Assembly: GCA_046329925.1 (NCBI GenBank)
Contig: JAXLTS010000011.1
Coordinates: 45,307 to 109,306, forward strand
From: Bacteroidales bacterium
GTDB lineage: Bacteria; Bacteroidota; Bacteroidia; Bacteroidales; JAAYUG01
Reading direction: 5' to 3'
Length of the DNA stretch: 64,000 nt
A program made the translations under genes and the position numbers. Shown piece by piece: positions 59,018-64,000 of this stretch (positions are counted from its first letter, which is position 1; each line of letters starts with the position of its first letter). The notes below the pieces were generated by a model, which ran no database searches, had not been told where the DNA came from, and was given only the letters and a program-made list of their open reading frames with translations.

Positions 59018-59952
59018 CAGAAAAACATTGGTCGACCTGTATAAATCTTATTATCAAAATCCTTTCTCATGAAGTATTCCGGCGATCCCCAGTTGTTTAT
59101 CCCACGCATACCCAACGGGAAATCCCAGGACAGGCCCACTTTAAACTGGTGAACCTGGAATTCCATAATTGCAATTACTGAATTGCTGGAACGGTAACTG
59201 GCTCCAATCCAAACATCATCATCCTCACCCAGCACCAGGCTGCAGTTGATATCAAAGGAAACCCCGCTTGCCTGCTGATATGAAACAAGGAATGATGGTT
59301 TCAGGTGGGCCTTCTCATTAAGTTTAAAGTATGCTCCCCCGGTAATGAGGTAATTATAATTATAAAAACCGGTTTTAGTAATCGTATCTCCCAATGCCAC
59401 CTGCAGCTTTCTTCCAACTTCCAATAGCCTGGGTACAGAAACTCCGAAGTACAATTTATTGGTATAATAGAAGATTCCTGCTCCAAGATTGAATTCATTC
59501 AGGGGCTCCAGTCCCTCTGCAAAACCCGGATCGAGACTATTCTGCAATTCCCCGGTGAATGTATTTCTGTAACTGCCAAAGGTGGTACGTATCCCCAGCG
59601 ACACTTTTCCCTTATCCGAAAGGTTGATCCTGCCGTTGAAATCTGCAGAACCCTCTGTGGTGGAAAGATCCGGACTCTGTTCGTGCCTTGCCAGAAAACC
59701 AACGCCGAAGTTGTTTTTGAACAAGGGGAAGTTCGCACCGGCCGAGATATCCCAGGGTGCTCCCTCCACTCCTATCCATTGTTTGCGTCCGGTAAAGGCA
59801 ATGCTCAGCACCTCACGGCTACCACTGTAGGCCGGGTTGATGAGCTGACCGCTGAACATGTACTGGCTGGTCTGGGGTGCAAGGGAACGCTGTGCAAGCA
59901 GAACGTCACCGCAGCAAAGAAGTATAATCCATATGGCCAGCCGGGTTTTCAC
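59017..59952 (-). CDS. PorP/SprF-family type IX secretion system outer-membrane protein
   Basis: 311 aa; signal peptide; N-terminus ...LLAQRSLAPQTSQYMFSGQLINPAYSG matches the PorP/SprF start (Q...qY.....NPA..G); beta-barrel composition; directly downstream of a type-B CTD cargo gene. Confidence 0.75.
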   Translation of the reverse strand: MKTRLAIWIILLCCGDVLLAQRSLAPQTSQYMFSGQLINPAYSGSREVLSIAFTGRKQWIGVEGAPWDISAGANFPLFKNNFGVGFLARHEQSPDLSTTEGSADFNGRINLSDKGKVSLGIRTTFGSYRNTFTGELQNSLDPGFAEGLEPLNEFNLGAGIFYYTNKLYFGVSVPRLLEVGRKLQVALGDTITKTGFYNYNYLITGGAYFKLNEKAHLKPSFLVSYQQASGVSFDINCSLVLGEDDDVWIGASYRSSNSVIAIMEFQVHQFKVGLSWDFPLGMRGINNWGSPEYFMRKDFDNKIYTGRPMFF

Positions 59953-62900
59953 GCTTTCCTCCTCAGCACCACATAGTGGGCAATTTTGTTATTCTTCTTA
60001 TAATACACACCGTTCACCTTCAGAATATAATAATAGGTACCTTCAGGAAGTACTTTCCCGTCGTTGTTATTCCCATCCCAGATTGCTTCTGGCTCATCGG
60101 GAAAGGGCTTGTCCTCCCTGTTTGTTCTGGACCAGGAATAAACTTTTTCTCCGAGCCGGTTCACAATCGAAATTTCATACCGGTCGATATTGCTGATCCC
60201 TTCGCAGACCAGGTATTGATTATAAGCATCCCAGTTAGGGGAGAAGCCATCATAGACCAGGATATTGTAGTAGGAATGATATGCAGTATCCACCCTGGTA
60301 GGGCAAACACCGTTGTCTACTGTCCAGGCAAACTTATAATCTCCGAAGTTCTTTTTCTCGAGGCTGAAGTACAAGCCGGAAGTATCTTCCCTGGTAATCT
60401 GAGGGACCGCCTGATCCTGCAAGGGCATTATGGTCCATCGTCCGGCTTCGTACTTCGGATCAAATGGCACAACGAGTATGGTGTCTCTCTCGGGATAAAA
60501 CAAGGTATCGTCGGGTGAAATAACAGCATTCACAGGATAGTGACGCAATAAGCGGACGAAGGAAGTATTGCTTTCTTTACAAACATTATTGACTACGCTC
60601 CATGTAACCTCTGCACTGTCGCAGGCGGTTGCATCGCTAATCCTTACAAGTTTTGCCCGTTTTTTCAGATTATTATCAATGGTTGCCCAGAAGGGTACTG
60701 CTGCACCGGAAAAATTCCATTCACCCTGCCCTACATCATTGTCTGCAAACAATACCAGGGAATCAGCGCAAACCGTTGTATCCGGGATAAAACTGGTTAT
60801 AGTCGGGACTTTAATTACCAGTACCTTGTTCAAATCCTGATTTCCTGTAAGTTCAAAGGAGTCAATTCTGGCAATACACCCTCTGTCGTCGACCAGTTCA
60901 GTAGGTGTATAGATAAAGCTTGCAATAGAATCTCCCAGGAGTGGTATCGGAATATTTGAGAAAAGCTCATTCATCGAAGAAATCTCCTGGTGCATTGCTG
61001 CGTTCCCGGCGGGATTGGGTCCGGAGGGTCCTGAATAATCCCACATATATGATAATTTGAATGGCGGAAGTCCGGTGGATGCAGTGAATTTGAGATCTAT
61101 CGGCAATCCACTGCACGTATCTTTAACTGCGGCAGGGAACAAGAGACTTGCCGAAGGCCGGGGCCAGACAGCAATGGCAGTTGTTGTTTCGTTTTTACAA
61201 ACCCGTTTATTGGAAGGGGAATAAACAATCCTTTTAAAAATGATCGTTTCGCCAACATCTGTTGAATCGGGCACGTAACTAACAGTATTCTCGCCAATGT
61301 TCTCCCATCCTGCTGTTCTTTTCCACCACCATTCATACTCATAGGTACCCTCACCACCCGTGGGGGCCCCTGCATTCAATTGTCCGGGGGAGGTGTAAAT
61401 ACACACGGTATCCGGGTCAATAAGCAAATTGTTGCCGATGGCAGGATAAACCTTAATTGAAATTACACTTGAAGTATCTGAACATACTCCGGAATTAACC
61501 AGGCGATGCACAAGATAATCGCCTGCGGTTAGCGGGAGCGGATACTGGTAAGACTGAAGGGTATCTTTGGCGGTGAGTCCGCCCATCGAATTCATCCAGG
61601 AGTAATGATAAACCAGTCCATCGCCGCCCGATGGAGTATTCCCGGGTTTTGAAATGAGTCTGGGCAGGGTATCCCCAAAGCACAGGGTATCTTTTCCGGC
61701 TATTTCCAGGGCAATAATATTACCGGTAATCTTTGGCTGGACAAAAATGGGAATTACATTACTTGTATTCTTGCAGGTGTTATTGGGACCGGACCAGGCT
61801 TTTCTCCTGAAGAACCATGTAATATCTGAACCGGTAAACGGCACAGGTGTGAAGTTGGTCTCAGATTGTATATACCGTGTATCCACCAGTGTCCATGCCG
61901 TGGTTGTATCGCTTGTCTTTTCCCAGAAGTAGGTAAAATTCCCCTGCTGACCTCCACCAGGGTTGAGTCCGTTTATCGGTTTAACAGGAGCATCCTGACA
62001 GGCCAGAAAATCGGGGTGATCGATGATGTTACTGTTTATGCGCGGCAGAACTATAATTCTCTTCGGATTGGAAATGGAACTGCAAACGGTATCCAATCCC
62101 GCCATAAAATATACCTTTCTGCGAACCGTGAACTCAGTGGTGAGGTCCGGACTCTGGTAGTTTTCAAGCGTACTCCCGGGTATGGGCACATATCCGTTCA
62201 TCCAGGTATACTTGTTGAAGGATCCATTCCCACCCTGGGGATGAGTACCGAGCACCTGGGCTTGCAAATCCTGGCAAACCGTTGTATCGACAGCTCCCGG
62301 CAGGCTGTTGCCCGAAATGACAGGAAAGAAGGTCAGGCTAACCGTATTTGACACTGAATTGCATAAACTGGGGTTATACACCCCGGAGATTTCGTTGTAG
62401 CTGATTCTTCTGTATTGATAAATTTTAATTATTGATTCAGTTTTACTTACAGCCAATGATCTGGTTACATTAGTATTCTTAAATCCAGAACTATCACATT
62501 GCCATATATACTTGATTTCTTTTCCCGGATCCCCGCCTGAAGAAATACTGCCAATCAGGTTCCTGGTATTGCCTGAACAAGTGGAATCGGTCCCCGAAAT
62601 GGAATTCGTAATTGCAGGGTAAACGACAACTGTGTATTCTGCTCCTATCGATGAATCAGCCAGTTCGTCGTATATATCATATGGATTTGTTGAAAAAACA
62701 TATCTTTTATAAGATGTGGTACGATTTAAAGCTGGCGGTTGAAAAATAGAATCATTACCAGGAACGGGTATGAAATTAGGCAGTGTGGTGGCGTCTTTCA
62801 TAACCCATTCGTACCGGTAGGTACCTGCCCCAAATCCACCTGATGGTGTGGATGGAGTGATTAATTTGGGGATATTGTTATCGCATATGGTATCCCATTC

Positions 62901-64000
62901 AGGTTCATAGAAGTTATTCAACAAGCCCCTGCCCTGCAATTGAAAATTAGTATCAAATTTTCCTCCTGATCCCGATGAGGCCAGGGCGCCACCTGAGATG
63001 CTCGAATTACCCGCAGTTCCGGCGCCCAAAACCGGACTGATCTTACTACTTACGGATGCATAGGTGCCAATATAGCCTCCGCCTCCAGGTCCACCACCCC
63101 GTCCACCGTTTCCGCCATTTCCACCCTTTACGGAGGCGGTTATATTTGATTTGATGGCTGACACACTGATCAGGATGGTACCACCTGCACCTCCGCCACC
63201 TGCACCCCCGGTACAATCGGGAGCAGGAGCCAAACCGTTACTCCTCACTTCAAAATTGTTTCCATACAACTGCCTGCCAATGATAATAACAATTCCTCCT
63301 CCGTTGCCTCCGGTTGAGCTTGCCCGGTCGCTGCTATGTGTGCCACCTCCGCCTCCGCCTCCCATAAAAATTCTAAAATATTCTCTGATGGAAGAATAAA
63401 CAGATGACTGTGGATAGCCTCCCTGAGGCTTTAGATTGACATTACAAACCTGGGATGCAGCATCTCCGCCACCACCATAGTTGGCACCACCACCGCCCCC
63501 GGCATTGGCTCCGGCTCCTCCACCGGCAAAGGCAAGCGGCCCGCCAACCCCCCGGAAATAATACCAACCTTCTGTTTGATATAAAAAACTTTCACCGAGC
63601 AAACCCAGTGAATCAGCATCGTCCACATCATACTGCAACACCTCCCAGGTATTGTTCCCGTTGGAGCATTTATCCCACTGGGTTGGCCCGGCACCCCTGA
63701 ATCCTTTCCCGGAAACATCAATATTTGCATTCAAAACCAGTGAATCCGACATGATTGCCAGTACTCCGCCTGTTGCTCCATCCCAGGGTTTACAACTGAG
63801 GGTGCTTGTCACAACGGCTTTCTTGTACTTTGGAACGGTGATAAGCTGCACACTTCCCGGAAGGGAATATGAGTACCTTACACCATTGTAGGTATAGGAA
63901 GACAAGGTTGTTGAAAAAACAACAATATCACTTCCGACGAGTTTTGCAACCCTTAATATCTCATATCTTCCGGCATAAGTAACGAGAATCTTCTGCTGTA
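59949..64000 (-). CDS. Giant T9SS type-B cargo / adhesin-like protein, partial (N-terminus beyond window end): Gly-rich segment, roughly 8 SprB-repeat-like Ig-type modules, type-B C-terminal sorting domain
   Basis: Reading frame is open to the window edge, with no signal peptide at the listed Met; poly-Gly tracts (GGGAGANAGGGGGANYGGGGDA, GGNGGNGGRGGGPGGGG); repeated modules containing C...GG.G.Y.Y.W (e.g. PTGGEGTYEYEWWW, SGGDGLVYHYSWMN); C-terminus ...WDGNNNDGKVLPEGTYYYILKVNG...HYVVLRR is the gliding-motility-type (type B) CTD. Confidence 0.8.
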   Translation of the reverse strand, partial: QQKILVTYAGRYEILRVAKLVGSDIVVFSTTLSSYTYNGVRYSYSLPGSVQLITVPKYKKAVVTSTLSCKPWDGATGGVLAIMSDSLVLNANIDVSGKGFRGAGPTQWDKCSNGNNTWEVLQYDVDDADSLGLLGESFLYQTEGWYYFRGVGGPLAFAGGGAGANAGGGGGANYGGGGDAASQVCNVNLKPQGGYPQSSVYSSIREYFRIFMGGGGGGGTHSSDRASSTGGNGGGIVIIIGRQLYGNNFEVRSNGLAPAPDCTGGAGGGGAGGTILISVSAIKSNITASVKGGNGGNGGRGGGPGGGGYIGTYASVSSKISPVLGAGTAGNSSISGGALASSGSGGKFDTNFQLQGRGLLNNFYEPEWDTICDNNIPKLITPSTPSGGFGAGTYRYEWVMKDATTLPNFIPVPGNDSIFQPPALNRTTSYKRYVFSTNPYDIYDELADSSIGAEYTVVVYPAITNSISGTDSTCSGNTRNLIGSISSGGDPGKEIKYIWQCDSSGFKNTNVTRSLAVSKTESIIKIYQYRRISYNEISGVYNPSLCNSVSNTVSLTFFPVISGNSLPGAVDTTVCQDLQAQVLGTHPQGGNGSFNKYTWMNGYVPIPGSTLENYQSPDLTTEFTVRRKVYFMAGLDTVCSSISNPKRIIVLPRINSNIIDHPDFLACQDAPVKPINGLNPGGGQQGNFTYFWEKTSDTTTAWTLVDTRYIQSETNFTPVPFTGSDITWFFRRKAWSGPNNTCKNTSNVIPIFVQPKITGNIIALEIAGKDTLCFGDTLPRLISKPGNTPSGGDGLVYHYSWMNSMGGLTAKDTLQSYQYPLPLTAGDYLVHRLVNSGVCSDTSSVISIKVYPAIGNNLLIDPDTVCIYTSPGQLNAGAPTGGEGTYEYEWWWKRTAGWENIGENTVSYVPDSTDVGETIIFKRIVYSPSNKRVCKNETTTAIAVWPRPSASLLFPAAVKDTCSGLPIDLKFTASTGLPPFKLSYMWDYSGPSGPNPAGNAAMHQEISSMNELFSNIPIPLLGDSIASFIYTPTELVDDRGCIARIDSFELTGNQDLNKVLVIKVPTITSFIPDTTVCADSLVLFADNDVGQGEWNFSGAAVPFWATIDNNLKKRAKLVRISDATACDSAEVTWSVVNNVCKESNTSFVRLLRHYPVNAVISPDDTLFYPERDTILVVPFDPKYEAGRWTIMPLQDQAVPQITREDTSGLYFSLEKKNFGDYKFAWTVDNGVCPTRVDTAYHSYYNILVYDGFSPNWDAYNQYLVCEGISNIDRYEISIVNRLGEKVYSWSRTNREDKPFPDEPEAIWDGNNNDGKVLPEGTYYYILKVNGVYYKKNNKIAHYVVLRRKA

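Noticed and set aside
1-64000. CRISPR arrays, rRNA genes, integrases/transposases
   Set aside because: No regularly spaced direct repeats with unique spacers, no rRNA-like conserved stretches, and no DDE or tyrosine-recombinase-like ORFs were seen on reading through. Absence cannot be proven without tools.

Overview
This 64-kb window reads as a Bacteroidota chromosome segment (SusC/SusD pair, T9SS C-terminal sorting domains, PorP/SprF, DUF2851; no Shine-Dalgarno dependence apparent). From left to right it contains the following.

- **1.8-4.6 kb:** a membrane sensor histidine kinase followed by a REC-HisKA-HATPase hybrid.
- **4.7-13.5 kb, minus strand:** a polysaccharide-utilisation-like locus — SusC TonB-dependent transporter, SusD-like lipoprotein, a PKD-domain surface lipoprotein, and a 1071-aa T9SS-sorted DUF4874/DUF4832 glycoside-hydrolase-like protein.
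- **14-18.3 kb:** a tripartite efflux operon (HlyD-type adaptor, FtsX/MacB-type permease, TolC-like outer-membrane factor) with no ATPase gene.
- **18.4-22.6 kb:** phosphoglucosamine mutase, a lysine-rich histone-H1-like/CHAD-like protein, and an SBF-like transporter.
- **22.7-28.8 kb:** an AT-richer accessory stretch with no integrase or tRNA seen — three tandem diverged paralogous lipoproteins, an overlapping hicB-hicA toxin-antitoxin pair, a 588-aa AIPR-like candidate abortive-infection protein, and a small beta-barrel-like outer-membrane protein.
- **28.9-53 kb, housekeeping block:** RluB-family pseudouridine synthase with an unusual roughly 300-aa Arg/Ser/Asp-rich N-terminal extension, an NfeD-flotillin pair, era, der, sucC, a SpoU methyltransferase, an OmpA-like/TPR lipoprotein, prolyl oligopeptidase, pnp, rpsO, a decayed rmlD pseudogene next to a 68-bp perfect palindrome, DUF2851, pyrF, prfA, an S46 dipeptidyl peptidase, and a PurM-like protein.
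- **53.2-56.3 kb:** a large periplasmic-propeller/Y_Y_Y/TM/SpoIIE(PP2C) sensor phosphatase.
- **56.3-64 kb:** a T9SS type-B cargo locus — a partial giant Gly-rich/SprB-repeat adhesin running off the window, PorP/SprF, and a PD40/PKD protein.

No rRNA, tRNA or CRISPR was found. Several rho-independent terminators, a GC-rich hexanucleotide microsatellite and other repeats are noted. The most plausible poorly described content is the defense-like mini-island (tandem lipoprotein triplet + HicAB + AIPR-like protein). All family assignments come from reading motifs in the translations and have not been checked by search.
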